A stretch of 63,996 nt of DNA, counting the filler, from Basidiobolus ranarum (lineage: Eukaryota), in NCBI GenBank assembly GCA_040143965.1. It is 3 parts of 3 records of this genome, joined end to end, with 100 filler letters (N's around TTAATTAATTAA, not from the genome) between each part and the next. Parts side by side here need not be neighbours in the genome. Positions count along the whole stretch, not along the records: positions 46,017 to 63,996 come from JASJQH010007161.1; 2 more parts are not named here. One strand, given 5' to 3'. Positions 48,988 through 62,222 of this stretch are shown piece by piece; position 1 is the first letter of the stretch; each line of letters begins with the position of its first letter. A program made the position numbers and the translations under genes. The notes beneath the pieces are model-generated. The model saw only the letters and a program-made list of their open reading frames with translations, had not been told where the DNA came from and ran no database searches.

Positions 48988-51900
48988 TTACCTGATGCTC
49001 AACTGCATTTCATTCATTTCTAAATCTTCCTCTAAAGTGAGGTCGTTGTTAGACCCATCAGAACGATCTTTCTCTAGTTGGTCTAACCCACTGTTTCGAG
49101 ACTTGTATAATTCTATTTTGCTTTGGTTATTTTCGGAAAAGTTCTTTTTTCCAGATACTTTCTCCATTTCTCTAATAATATCGAGGTCTTCGTAGTACCA
49201 CATTTGTTTAGTGAACATAACGAGATAACGAGGAAGTATTGAGACCACCAGCGCAACAAGAAGTGTTAACCAGAATGTGGGCGACTTGTAGATGTATAAG
49301 CCAGATCCGTACGAGTCGGTAAAGGAGAATGAAGTGTAAATGATTGTAAAGATGAATGTGGCCAGAATACTTGCGAATACTGAGGTGAACATTATCCAAT
49401 TCCAAGTATATGCATTCAATCCGATTTCTACATTCACAATGGTGATTAAAGTAAGAGCCACGCTGGAGGAGAGATCGAAGTTTGTTGCGTCGTATCCTTC
49501 CCAGCTCACTACGTTCGTAGCAAAGGCAGCGTAAAATGCGAAATAGCAAATTACCGATTGATACAATCCCTCAAGAATATACACCCAAAACCGAGGCATA
49601 TTGTAGCGGCTCTGCTTCATGCCAATGCTATATAGTTGGGGATTATTTAAGGCATTCTCATAAGAAACAGCACGATCACATGTACCGATGATCACAACTG
49701 ATACTGTGGTAAAGATAAGATTGTAAAGTTGAATCCACATATAGTCGTAAAACATATTGGCTGAGAAACCGCAGAAGAATTGATACCAGAGTACAGCTAG
49801 GACCCAGATCACATTTTTGTAGAAGGAATCAAGAATCATCTCTGCAATTCTAAGATACGACCAAAATCCATGTACAAGAAGTAGATTTTTCAAATATTTG
49901 AACTGGGAGATGGTATAATCCGATGCCATAGCTGCTTGTAGGCCCTCTTCACCAGAAATAGCCACGCCAACATCAGCGGCTTGGATCATACTTACATCGT
50001 TGGCACCGTCACCTATGGCTAAGCATATTGCATTCATTCCCTTGCGTATCATGTGTACCACTTGAGCCTTTTGTAGTGGACTGGTACGGCAACAGATCAC
50101 TGAGTGGCAAAGAGGAGCTATCTCGAGCAACAGAGCTCTTGTGCTCACGTCTTCTAAAATGATTTTCAACGCACTGCCATCAATGACCAATGCATGCAAG
50201 ACCGATTCTCTACAGAACATGGCAGAACGGCGAGGAAGTGGCGACTGATCAAAATAAGATGCACTCGTCCTAGGATCTGTATTCATCGAGGTCGAATCAC
50301 CACGGATATTAGCAACAACACTTAGAAATTGCTCTTTAGCCAGTGCTGGGTTGTCACCACGGATCGCCCAAAGCTCCATCTCACTTGTCAGAAGATTACA
50401 AGCAAAGCCAATGTTAATGGCTGTTTCCATTTTATCTCCGGTGAGTACCCACAGCTTCATCCCGGCTTGTCTCAGAGAGAGAATACAGTCGGGCACACTC
50501 TCCTGTAGCTTATCTTCAATAGCTGTTGCTCCAATCAAGATTAGCTCTTGTTCAATCTCACTGCAACACTCTTCCATCTCTTCATCTCGATCACCCAAGG
50601 CCGTAGATGCCTGGCGATAGCGTTGTTCCCATTGCGTATGTTGTTCTTCAGACAGGACTCTATAACCAAGGCAGAGAGTTCGTAAACCTGATGAGATAAT
50701 ATGCATTAGCCAATGTAGTAATATAAATACAGTAATAAAGAATGACGAGCATACCTTCGTTTGAGTATCCATCAATGTGATCGGCTGTAGCCTGTATTAT
50801 TTCCTCTTGATCGCTAGCCAATCTCTCATAGATCACATTATCCGCACCTTTACAAAACAGAACGATATCGTTCCAGGGTTTGGGTCTTCTAACAATAACG
50901 GACATTCTCTTACGCGTACTATTAAACTCCAAAACGTGTAGCAGTTGAAAGGTGGCCTCTTCTCCAAGAATATCCAGAGTGACGGAATCTTTGTTTCTGC
51001 TCAAGAATGTAAATCCTAAATCCTTGGCAGCTGACACCAAGGCGTTTTCATCCGGCGATTCAGCTCTATACTTGAGTTGATTATCTTCAGGGGAATTTTC
51101 ATTAGTTCCCTCGGGCTTTTCAATAATCACAGTATGACACACCGCCAATAATATAAAGAATTCTCGAATTTTCTGGCTATGAGACTTGCTGAGACCCTCT
51201 TTATCGTTTAGTTCTTCTTCCCTCATATCTCGGAAGATCTCTGGGTCAGCGAATGTCATGGTGCTAGGGTCAGTATTCGCGTATTTTGGGGTATATGTAC
51301 GCTTCATTTCTTTCATAAATTCTTCATAAAGTTTTTCCGAATCAAAGCTCATTTCTGAGTCAGTAGGGTCTATTCCTTCTCTAATTTTAGCTCCCTTAGC
51401 GGCATCCGTCTCTCCTTTGAGAGATTTCCCGTAAGAATGGCCATTTATGGAGCAGCGGCTGAACTCCATGATATTTCTAGTTAGTGTACCGGTCTTGTCC
51501 GAGAATACATATTCGATTTGACCTGAGGAGCAATTGAATGAGTATGGGAGTTAATCGATTAATCGATGAATACAAGAGATACCTAAATCATCCGAAAGAT
51601 TCCATGATTTGGGGATGCACACCGAGTTTGTGGGTTCGTAATACAGCTGGATATCAGAGTGGATGAAATAGGCTTGCCATGTTTTGACGAATTCAATACT
51701 GACGTAGAGTGAAATAGGAATAATATTTTGGAAGATAATCAAACTCGCCCTGCATTCAAAAATGAATACATTTAGTCAGTTAAATTGGCCTAGTTCTTAG
51801 AACAGGAGATCATCGTCTTACCAAAATGTGACAAACCCGGTCTCGACTGGCGACTCATTCTCAGCCCCCTCAAAGGTACTAGCGGTTTTTCGTTGGCCAA

Positions 51901-53180
51901 CACCTCCGGCAAGGGCGCAAATCAAACACAGCAAAATCAAAATTCCAAAATTCATAATGATCTACAAGAGAAATGGGCTTTAGTAAAGCTCGTCACTCAC
52001 TCATCGCCAAGATACTCTTACTAACCTGTTGGTTCATAGTTTTCTCAATGCGACTTCTCTTCGACGGTGTGTCTCCTGAATTTAACATGATTTTGGTATC
52101 ACCACCGGTAAAAACAACCACGCCAATCACATAACCGGTATTTCTTAAAACGTGTCCACGTAAGAGGGTGTTGTTGATATTGATGGGAACTAAGGTGGGT
52201 GTTTTGGATACTTCGCCAGTGTGGCTAGGGGGGATAGGACTGAGAATACGCATGGTGGCTTGATAAGTGTAGAGATTCGAAGAAGGTAGATCCGACTCAA
52301 TAGAGCATTGGAAATTGACGCAATCTTGAGCAGTCTGTATGTACGAGGTTTCTTCCAGGCAAATTCTCGTTTTCAAATTCGTTTCACCGTCCAGCTCTTT
52401 GGTTTCGATGTAGCACTCGCCATCCTCCTCAGATGTGGCCAGAATGATCATATCTGCTGGGATCGATTGATTGTTCTGAACGTAAATCAAATCGCCCACT
52501 CTAACATCCTGCCATAAGATGGAATCAAATTCCGCGTTTGGAGCGTTGACTGGAGAATATTGGATGGTAGATTCGTCATCGATATCAAGATTGTCTTCTG
52601 TTTCATTGAATCCGCACCAGCCATACTTCGTAAACGGATATAAAAAGAAGTCACTGATTGCATGAATTCCACGACTCCATATGCTTACGTGTTGATTAGA
52701 GTAATTTGTATTTTCCCAGTGTTTTAAATGCTTTGTTTTCGAACTGTTAAATCTCCTATCAGAGATATGTCGTTTCCAATCTTCGAAGCCATCCTTTATG
52801 GCTGTTATACCAATGACCACCGAAAGAGGAAGTACCACGAAACCTGCACTACCCACCTCAAAATAAGGGAGTAATTGTAATATAATTAAGAATAAAAAGT
52901 ATACATTGGCAACTCGACGAAACTGTTCAAACAGATTTTTCGGTAAAAATGAAAACACTGTGTATTTTGAAGTGCGAATTCGATTACTAGGGAATTGAGC
53001 CTTTGGCAAGCCATGTCTATTGAGTGCACTAGGGGGCAAGTCGACGTTAACAAAAACTCGTCGGTTTCCGGCATTTGAATGACGCGACGGAGAACGCAGT
53101 AAAGTCTGCTCTAAACGTTTTCGTTCTGCCTTCTGTCGGTACCGTAGTAGTTGCTTTCTACCTGGTAAATGTTGGGCCAT
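48988..53180 (-). CDS. P4-type phospholipid-translocating ATPase (Dnf1/Dnf2-like flippase), 5 exons
   Basis: NRIRTSKYTVFSFLPKNLFEQFRRVAN; LDGETNLK; IIPISLYVSIE; FSDKTGTLT; AESPDE; EFNSTRKRMS; WVLTGDKMETAINIG; AIGDGANDVSMIQ; C-terminal TM helices. Confidence 0.95.
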
Positions 53181-54146
53181 GGTTATATGCGCGGTGGAAA
53201 AATATACTCAGTATGAGTTCTATTGGTATTTGGCTATATGAAACACCCAGGATTAGTATAGATCCATAGTTAAAGAGAGTCCTTGGGAGAAAGTAACCAA
53301 CCTTTAAGATCAACCTGATTTGTATTAAGTTAATTACTTGGAGTTCTTTTTGATACAGGTTGTTAACTTTGCAATGGAATATTTACAGAAAAATTGAAAC
53401 AGAATCGAGATAGAGCTTGTAATAAATAATAACTCTTGGGTCTGAAGTATCTCTACCAAGTCGGTGAAGAGAAGAAAATTCCGACTTTTGGTGTGGAAAA
53501 CACTGAACTGATAAGGTAATTTAACAACAACTCGGCAAGCATTTTATTAGGGCCGTCAAAACAAGAAAAATGGGTAAATCGATACTCACTACAGCACCTA
53601 TACTAAAAGGAACCAGTGCTATGCTGAATATAGATAAGGTGATCGGTATGGAAAATATATTAAGAGCCTTCAGACAGAAGATTTCGATGATTCGCATGAT
53701 CCCCATGACACTCGAGGTACCCCACTCCCAGTGTAAGTGTACATCTTCGATATCCAGGCGATACGGGGTTTCTATTCTAGCCCAGACATTGTATTGAGCC
53801 ATTCAGTTTCCGCAGACTAGGTTCCATGGATTTCCATTATCTCACGATGTGACTTCGGTTGGATAAGATTGGAACGCTTCGGGATGAAATCTCCCTTGGA
53901 TGATGCTTTTCAACCTCTGATCGGTCAATCAGCTACACCTGACAAGCGTGTCTTAAACCAAACATGGTATGCTAGATTTTCCAAATCCAATGAGTTTAAG
54001 CTGACTCTCATTAGAAGTTACCATAAAAAAGGATTTTAATTTGCTGATATAATTTCTACTTGTAGATTTTGATGATCCAATTTTGTGTTCTGGTAACCAC
54101 GCTCTTCATTATGCTCCTCACCACGCTCTTCACTAGGCTCTAGGAG

Positions 54147-54400
54147 CTAACCCCTAACCCTATCGATGCTGTCAAAACCCTAATATCTGCTAAGCGGATA
54201 AACGGAATACGCTGACCCTAACTTCTAGCTAAACCTAGCCCAAATCTACATCATCGCATATCAACTTATGATGCGATTCAACCCTTCTTATGATGCTATT
54301 CAACTAAGTCACATCATAAAGGTTTGGCAAATGGCAAATGATTAGGTGAATATCAATGGCTTAGCTGTGATCACTGATGTGAGTTAGGGTTAGGGTTAGG
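54147..54400. promoter_or_regulatory. Motif-dense segment of the divergent P4-ATPase/bZIP intergenic region (telomere-like boxes plus CTTATGATGC repeats)
   Basis: CTAACCCCTAACCCTA at 54147; (TTAGGG)2TTAGG at 54384-54400; CTTATGATGCGATTCAAC at 54265-54282 and CTTATGATGCTATTCAAC at 54287-54304. Confidence 0.45.
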
Positions 54401-54954
54401 TATAAGTTATGATCCTTATAAGAAACCATTGAAAAAGCGATTTAAGCTCTTTGCATTACAGCATTTGTCATGATTATGGCGAATCCTAGGTAACGTTTCA
54501 CTAAATTAAATCCAGTAAAAGTAGGAGATTTGGAGAGTATATTGAGAGCATAGAAACAGGTTGCGGGAAGTTAAGAATATGGAGAGACGGGAGAGACAAA
54601 TGAGAGAGATGGATGAGCATGTCAAACTTTAACCGTATATAGTAACGAGCATTGAGAGATTCCAGTATATAGTAATTACCATTGAGTAATAAATTATATA
54701 CCATCGAGTAATAAATATATACCATTGAGCAAATGAAATCCTTATGTATCTGTTCGCTAGGTAGGCCAATCAGGGAATACCTACACGATTGCACCATTTC
54801 ACGCTGATATTAAGTCAGTTCTCGTCATGACAAGTACCGTTTAAAATGCCAAAGGCTAGGGGAAAGTTCCTTGAGAGACCTTTTCCTCTGTTCTTTATCG
54901 CGACTCTAGACATGCCTAGAGTGTTTTCTAAATATTTTGAGTGAAAAAGAAATC

Positions 54955-55737
54955 ATGAGTTCGAAGGACCTACCCCTTTCCAATCGAATTTTACCTCCCC
55001 TTTGTTCATTAGCGTTTGAACCAGCGCCCCCAAATAACTCTACTCCAGCATCCAAATACGAGTATTTTCCCAATAATCAGTCTTCATACTCAGCACAAGT
55101 CTCTAACCAATCTTATGAGCCATACAAATTCGGCCATGGTTCTTCGATAAGTAAGTCTTCTCAAGCAGAAACTTCCTTTAGTACCAACAAGTCAGCTAGC
55201 TCACGCTTATCCAATCCTCGATTGACCAATGATCCATACCAATCGGAGGCCTCCACATCTACATCCTCACACGATACCATTATCGAAAGATATCAATCGC
55301 TCTCTCCACCAGCCGAAGGTTCTTCAGCTCAGCATATCCTCGCTGAAAAGCGACGTCGGAACGCTGGCGCATCGGCCCGATTTCGAGACCGTCGGAAGCA
55401 ACGAGAGCAAGAAATCCTGGAACGGTGTGTTTTGCTAGAAGACAAGGTGAGAGAGCTAGAACATGCGAATCCTTTTACTCACCAGTTGGCGGAATTATCG
55501 ATGGAACTTAAACATGCCCAACTGGAAAAAGAAAACGCTATAGAGAAGCTCAAGGTATTGGAAAACGAGGTAAGTCAATTTTTTGTATGTCAGCTGACCA
55601 ACCAAATATTTGCATGATCTTAGCAACTGATCTTGGAATTGTATCTTTAGGTAGCATGGCTTCGAGAATTAATCATCTCAAAAGGAGAGACTCTGCCGCC
55701 GTACACTATCCACAACATGAACACCAAGTATTCATGA
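54955..55737 (+). CDS. bZIP transcription factor (basic region related to MetR/CYS-3 type), 2 exons
   Basis: EKRRRNAGASARFRDRRKQREQEILERCVLLEDKVRELE...LKVLENE / VAWLRELIISK. Confidence 0.85.
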
Positions 55738-56414
55738 TTCTACGACAGATACCGACTCTGGTTAACTGCGTAAACGACAGACCGGTACAAAGGTCACTTA
55801 CATCATTTGGTCATTGTTTAGCGTTACAGGCCTTTACATTACACTCCCTTCATTCATCTATACAGTTCTTTCATGACTTCTAGTAAAATACTATTTTGAC
55901 TTTTATATACTCAAAACCACCTCATGCTCTTGTAGCAATCACCTCCATTGACATTGGCCAATAAAATACAAGGTTGACGAAACCTCCATAAGATTAAACC
56001 TTCCGAATTAGAAAACACAAACACGTCAAGATATATGCTTAGGGACGTGTGCTTTCTACAGTCACACCTCGATCACAGGGTCTCTTTGACATGTAATAAT
56101 TGAAGATCTGTCTCAAGTGAAGAAGCCTTGATTGGTAGCTGTGCAAGTTACCAGATCTTTATTTCAAACAACATTAAAAATGATCTCATTCCTTATTCGA
56201 TTTATGCAGCACCTTGGACCAAGTTCTTTTTGACTGCTTGATTTGCATGGTCCTAACTTTCCCTCGACGTTCTTATTACTCATCAAACACTGTTGTCCTT
56301 CTGTGTACAACACCTTAAATCGATATTTATACCAACAAATAGTACAGAGTATCCACAAGGGGGAAAAGCTATCAACTTATTGTATTAAAGAATAGTCAGT
56401 AACGATATTTTACG

Positions 56415-57618
56415 ATGTTCTCAGTCCCAAAAGTTCCATTATCTTTAAATGCACAACCCTTTCAAGAAGGGACACCACAAAGTCTACAAGAGTTATTCCT
56501 GGCCTTCGCAAGGACGACTGACGTAGCTAATATCTATTCACCGGCGCGACGTTGGTATTTACTGGTAACAATATGCCAGTGGTATATAGAGCGAGACATT
56601 TTAAAAGAAGAATTTGAGAGGTCTTTTGATCAAATTTCCCGGGATATGGAGGATATCTTAAAAATTGAACCGAGTCCTATAGTGTCAACTGCTCAAATAT
56701 CTGAACAGGCGCAATATATTTATGACCGAATGGTTATCTTATTTCCTTCCAACTCTAAACTCTCTCATATATTAAATACTAACTTGAATGGGGACCAAAC
56801 GGGGCCTGTGACTTTTAATCGAAGAGCTTCATTGATCGAAACTTCTACCTTGAAGCAAAGTAGCAATCATAAACGAAGCAGTAGCTGGCCCAGTATCCCT
56901 CAGAACAGCCTCGAAAAACCACCAGCTTACGAATATGGGATGGAGGATTTGCCAAGCTACACATGTTCTATCCATCATGAAGGGTTTTTACATAGAAAAA
57001 TGGAGTTCAATGAACACGGAGATCTCGCTAAAGATAGATCTTGGCGGTAATGTTCGATATATTCATCTAGACACCAGCTGTGTTGATACTAAGTTACATT
57101 GGACAGTAAATTCTATTTTATTTTATGGGGAACTTCGTTACATCTTCACAAATACAAACCGACACAATTCTACGTAGGTATTTCATCCCAGGAACCATTC
57201 TTTTCAAAATATTCATGAATCTCATTTCTAGCGTCCAAATCCTTTCGAAAGTTTTAGCATGCAAAAAACCAGAGTTGATCTAGCCACCGACTATCGCAAA
57301 CGAAATCATGTAATCAGGGTATTCAAAATACTTGAAAATTTTCATCATTTGTTCAAGTCGTCATCTAATCGTCCAAGAAACCTCTAGGTTCGGGTTGGTG
57401 ATGGTCAGTTTTTGTTACAAGCCAAATCTCAAAAGGATCTACTGAAATGGATAAATGAGATTCAATCTTCAGCAAATATTTCTATGCCATTAGAATCTAG
57501 GGTAAATGAGAATTTCATTCATATGTAGGAGGTATTGCGTTTTCATGGTTCCTCTTTTTTCTTGTTTATTTAGCGAATGCCAAATTTTACCGAAGTAATT
57601 CGTGGATCTTCCAGATAA
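56415..57618 (+). CDS. PH-domain protein (fungal type with LPxY motif preceding the PH domain), multi-exon
   Basis: LPSYTCSIHHEGFLHRKMEF...AKDRSWR-KFYFILWGTSLHLHK; LATDYRKRNHVIR-VRVGDGQFLLQAKSQKDLLKWINEIQSSANISMPLESR. Confidence 0.8.
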
Positions 57619-57750
57619 TTGAAACACAATTTGCGGAGTATGCAACAAACAAATCGAAGAAGAGATTGTAACACGGTGATCACTAAATAAATTTCCTCGT
57701 CACTCCAAAATACGATTTTAGAGATTTATTTATAATTAAACCTGTACTCG

Positions 57751-58729
57751 TTAGTTGTGTGCACGATTATTCCAAGCTACACAGTCGACGAATTTTACAG
57801 TCTTCCCTCCAAAAATATCCAAGGCACTATTAAAAAGAAATAAGGTGAGATTCAGGCACCCATTTAGTTGCAAGAAGAATCATCTGTACCTTCCAAAAGT
57901 TAGATCCACTTTCCCCTTGGAGAGCTTGTTAACTAGTTCCAAATCCTCAATGGCTAGAAGTTCAATGGAGACGATTCATATCAACAGTTATTCAACATGA
58001 AAATACTTAATAAGAGCAACTTTGATTACTTACCATTGGCACCACCAGCATATGTAGTAGGGATATTCACCCATTCACCCAATTCTTATATAAAGTGACG
58101 GTTAGGAATTTCAATTAACTAGCAATATGGTTTAACTTACTTTCAACTAATTCTTGGTCCACTCCTCTGCACAAACCTTCGACATCAGCAGCATGAATCA
58201 GGAATTCCGAGCAGTACTCGGCCAACAAATCCAAAGTTTCTTTATTTACTTCCAACTCGGTGATGGTTTGCCATTTATTAATAGCAACCACCCATTTCCC
58301 AGCTCTTTTACGACAACTAACGTCGACCACCAGTTTATCTTTACCAATTTTTTCTGATATCAGTTTTAACCTATCCAAAGAGAACTTTCCCTCCGGGAAT
58401 AACCAACTGGTTACGATGACTTTAGAAGCGCCAAGAGACAACCAATATTCGGCGTTTTCCAAAGTGATTCCACCACCAACTTGTAAACCACCGTGCCATT
58501 CCGCTAAAGCTTCTTTAGCTGCGAGTTCATTATTAGGACCAAGTTTGATGACATGAGCTCCGTGAAGTTGGTTTTCTTTATAAAGGTTTGAATAATATTT
58601 CGGCTTCTCCGTAGCGACAAAGTTGGTTTTTAATTCCTCTGGATTAATATCACTCAACGTACCTCCAACTATTTGTTTAACTTCACCGTTATGTAAGTCT
58701 ATGCAAGGTCTAAACTTTGTAACTACCAT
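57751..58729 (-). CDS. HIS6: ProFAR isomerase (HisA, eukaryotic His6 type), 4 exons
   Basis: [74 protein letters not shown]. Confidence 0.95.
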
Positions 58730-59170
58730 GATTTTCACTTTAGTTAGGAGAAAAATTGGGGTACAAAAGGGAAGAAATATGGGATTTGGATTTGGAATTC
58801 CCTTCTCTTCAACTCAGTCTTACCTTCTTTAGCACGGGGTAGATGATGTGACTAATATTGACTGATTTTTAGATGGATTTAATCAAGAATCCAATGATTA
58901 CATACCATTCGGAGAATTTTAAATAACATAATTTGTATGATGATTTCGATATTTTTCATTTAATACAAGTAGTATTTCAAATGAATGACTCCAACTTTAA
59001 GGTGTTGTTGTTTGGAAATAACGAAGACACGATAAATGAAGGGGGAGGGCTTCGACATATGGATTACATAGGGAATCAAAAAGGAAGATAGGGTGAATTT
59101 ACATGAGATATATGGACAAATAATGTAGCAGTAGTATAGATCACGGAATCACACGGTCGATGAATCAAGC

Positions 59171-61035
59171 CTAGGAATGAATATGATTAGAATTGAGATT
59201 AACCAAGGGAAACTGATAGTGTCTTACCGGGACAGTAATGGTCTCTCGTTTCCGTATCTGAGAGCGAACTTTCTCTCTATGCACTCGAGATCTTCGTTGA
59301 CGAAGGTTTGTGCGACATTTAAAGTAGACAAAGACAATGAAAATTATCAATGCGATCAAGCCTCCGATCAATGAAACGGTCAGGATTTGATTTAGAAATT
59401 GATAGGTCTTCAAGAAATGAATGAGTAAAGTTTGCTTGAATCTAGAGGCTAGAGTTGAACGCTTACTTGATTGTAGAGACATGGACTATTCTTTCCTACA
59501 ACCCAACATCCCGGACGTTGTATTGCATTTAAATCGATCCAAACTTGTGATTCTCCCGAAGCATTGAGACTTCTTGCCAGATATAAGCTATCTCTAGCTG
59601 TCTTGGGGATGGAGAAATAGTAACCAGCTGGACAGCCTCCATCTGCCGCTTCATACGAATATAGCTTCTGATTTTCGATTACCCACTGCCAGAGCAATAC
59701 ATCAGTCACTGAGAATAGAAATGAAAATAAGCATCACTTACGTCGGAGAGATTGCTACGTGAGAGACATGCAATTGGTAGCTTTCTATCACAACTCCTTA
59801 CTCTCCAGTGACCACTTTGAGCGTTCATTACAACGCATCTTTGATCACCATAACGGCCATAGGGATCCGGTTGATCGGGCTCCCATGACCAAATAGCAGG
59901 TATAATGTTCACTTCGTTATATACACCTGGAGCGCTGAAGGTCAATGAATATCCACAATCAGTCTACATTACAATACAACTTAGTAAGCTGAGGAAAAAA
60001 GTCCCAACGAAATGGCTGCATTACCAATGCACTTATACTATCTTCGGTAAAATTAGTACTATCCAATGGCTGAGTGATTGTACGCCAACTCCAAAAGCTT
60101 GATTGCACTTGAGTGGCAACAAGTCCAAGGTTATTACTCTGCAGTAACGACGGTGAACTGGAATTTAAACAACGATCGCTGTTGAATCCTCCGTTGGAAT
60201 CTAACCTCTCCGGTACATACAACTCACTCGAAGCAAAGAACAAGCTATCTATCAACCTCGTGGATAATTGATACGCACTAAGGCTTGAACCCAAATCATA
60301 TCCTAGTAGAACTCTGTTGGGCGTGACATATCGATTCAAATATGAATAGGTTGGCCAAGCTGATGGAGATTCCAGATACCCAGTGTTTGGATTCTTGTCA
60401 ATAACATAATAATACTGGCCAGTTGCTATCCATTCGTGGGGGAGACTCATACGTGACTGTTCCAATTTGGTGCGTGTGTAAATACTACTACCTAGTGAAC
60501 GATTTATCATATCATACAGAATATCCAAAGGATTCACCACTCCGAGGGTGTTCAAGGAATGCAGTCGAAATAGAAGAACGATAAGAAAAGAAGGTGTCAT
60601 AGAATTCATAGTGGAGACATGATGGTCCAAAAAGGCCAAAAAGTTCGAGAATTCCGCTTCGGTAGAGCATTTTATGTCGTTTGCTGTGGTTTCGTTATTG
60701 ACGGTGGTACTCACTGGACAAAACTGCCATTGACTCCTGTCTGGATTCCAATAAAGATCTATTAATAAGCGGGTATAGCCTGCCTTGACCAAGTCAACTA
60801 TACCCTGGACTTTGGGGGTGGAATAATCCTTTCCTTGAAAATATGCAGTTGTGAGATTGATACCAATGTGATTCAAACGATCGATAGGGACTTCCCAGGA
60901 CAAGTCACGCTGGGTCAGTAGAGAATTCTTGACATAAAGTGGACCCCACTGATTAATGGTTTCCTCTTGACCGAACACTATTTCTATTTTACAGAAAGCA
61001 AGTAATCCCAAAAATAATAAGCTCGAGGCTCTCAT
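59171..61035 (-). CDS. MTC6: MTC6-family membrane protein (signal peptide, PLC-like N-domain, lectin-like C-domain, TM helix), 4 exons
   Basis: QRDLSWEVPID; GYTRLLIDLYWN...WQFCP; WSWEPDQP...RCVVM...WRVRSC...IAC; CPAGYYFSIPKT; VWIDLN...CWVVG...CLY; C-terminal TM followed by basic residues. Confidence 0.8.
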
Positions 61036-61334
61036 AACAACCGATTCACCATAGAATAAGAGAAGCTAGGATAAATATCACGAATCAAACTGGATTAATT
61101 AGGTTTATAGCCTTCGATTCATCGGCTCTACACGGTAATTATTCCGAAAAAGAAAACTCATTACGTTCAAAAATTCTCTTTCGAAATCTTTTAATCAGTC
61201 AATCATCTGCATTGAAGTGGTACCAAATCAGGAAAGACTATCAATGCGTAGAATGGTTTATTGGATAGGAATGGATGATGCTATATGAATTGAAGAATTG
61301 TAAGCCACGAAACATGTACACCGTACGATGTCGC

Positions 61335-61987
61335 TTATTTGGCAGAAGCCAAGATTTTCTTGACCAACTCAGCTACAACGCTCTTGGGGGCGACAGCAGG
61401 GTCTAGTTGAATTTGTTTCATAACTTTACCCATATCTTTGACACTTTGAGCACCGGTATCTTTAATAGCCTTCAATACCTCGGCCTCAATTTCACGCTCA
61501 CTAAGTTGCTCGGGTAAATAACTTTGAAGGATATCAACTTCTTCCTTCTCGTTGACTGCGAGATCTTCTCTTCCAGCTGATTCAAAAGAAGCTATTGACT
61601 CCTTACGCTTCTTAATAGCTGATTGAATTAAGACTGCGATTTCACTATCCGACTTGACAGGTTTTCCTTGAGCCTTTTCAGCGTAAGTGATATCTGAAAT
61701 GATAGATTTCACCACCGCCAATTTGGTACGTTCTTTATTACGCATAAAACTTTTCATATCATTTTTTATCTGAACGAAAAGACCGTCAACTAAAGAAAAA
61801 GTGGGTTAATTTTTCAAATTCAGTTAAATAAATGGGAATAATTGGTTAGTATACCTGATACTTCACTAGAGTAATTACGAACTGATAAAGCTACTAAGGG
61901 TTTGTAGTTAATAGTGGTTGCTTGAGTGAGGCGTAAACCTTGGTAAGCAACACGAGAAAAGGTTTGGGAAACACGAAGAGCGTTCAT
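61335..61987 (-). CDS. AIM41: Mitochondrial YqeY-domain protein (Aim41), 2 exons
   Basis: Presequence MNALRVSQTFSRVAY; DMKSFMRNKE; KKRKESIASFESAGREDLA..EKEEVDILQSYLPEQLS; GAQSVKDMGKVM. Confidence 0.88.
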
Positions 61988-62222
61988 ATTAGTAATAAGG
62001 GAAGAAATTCTCTCGGGTACTGGAGTGAAGTATGTTGTCCAGCCATGTTGACTAAAATAACTAAAAATTTGATCCATCCAAACCATCCAAACCATCCAAA
62101 TACCAGAAAATTCTTAGTTATGGTTGCTAAATTCGATGATATATTTGGAATATTTATTTTAGATAAGAAAATGAGATGGGTGCTTATGTTCTAACAGAGT
62201 ATGGAATTGGAATTATGTATGT

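Noticed and set aside
24626-55737. Possible sulfur-metabolism cluster (SQR, MBL hydrolase, MetR-like bZIP)
   Set aside because: The genes are 17-30 kb apart, separated by unrelated housekeeping genes and an assembly gap, and the MBL protein lacks the ETHE1 persulfide dioxygenase motif pattern.
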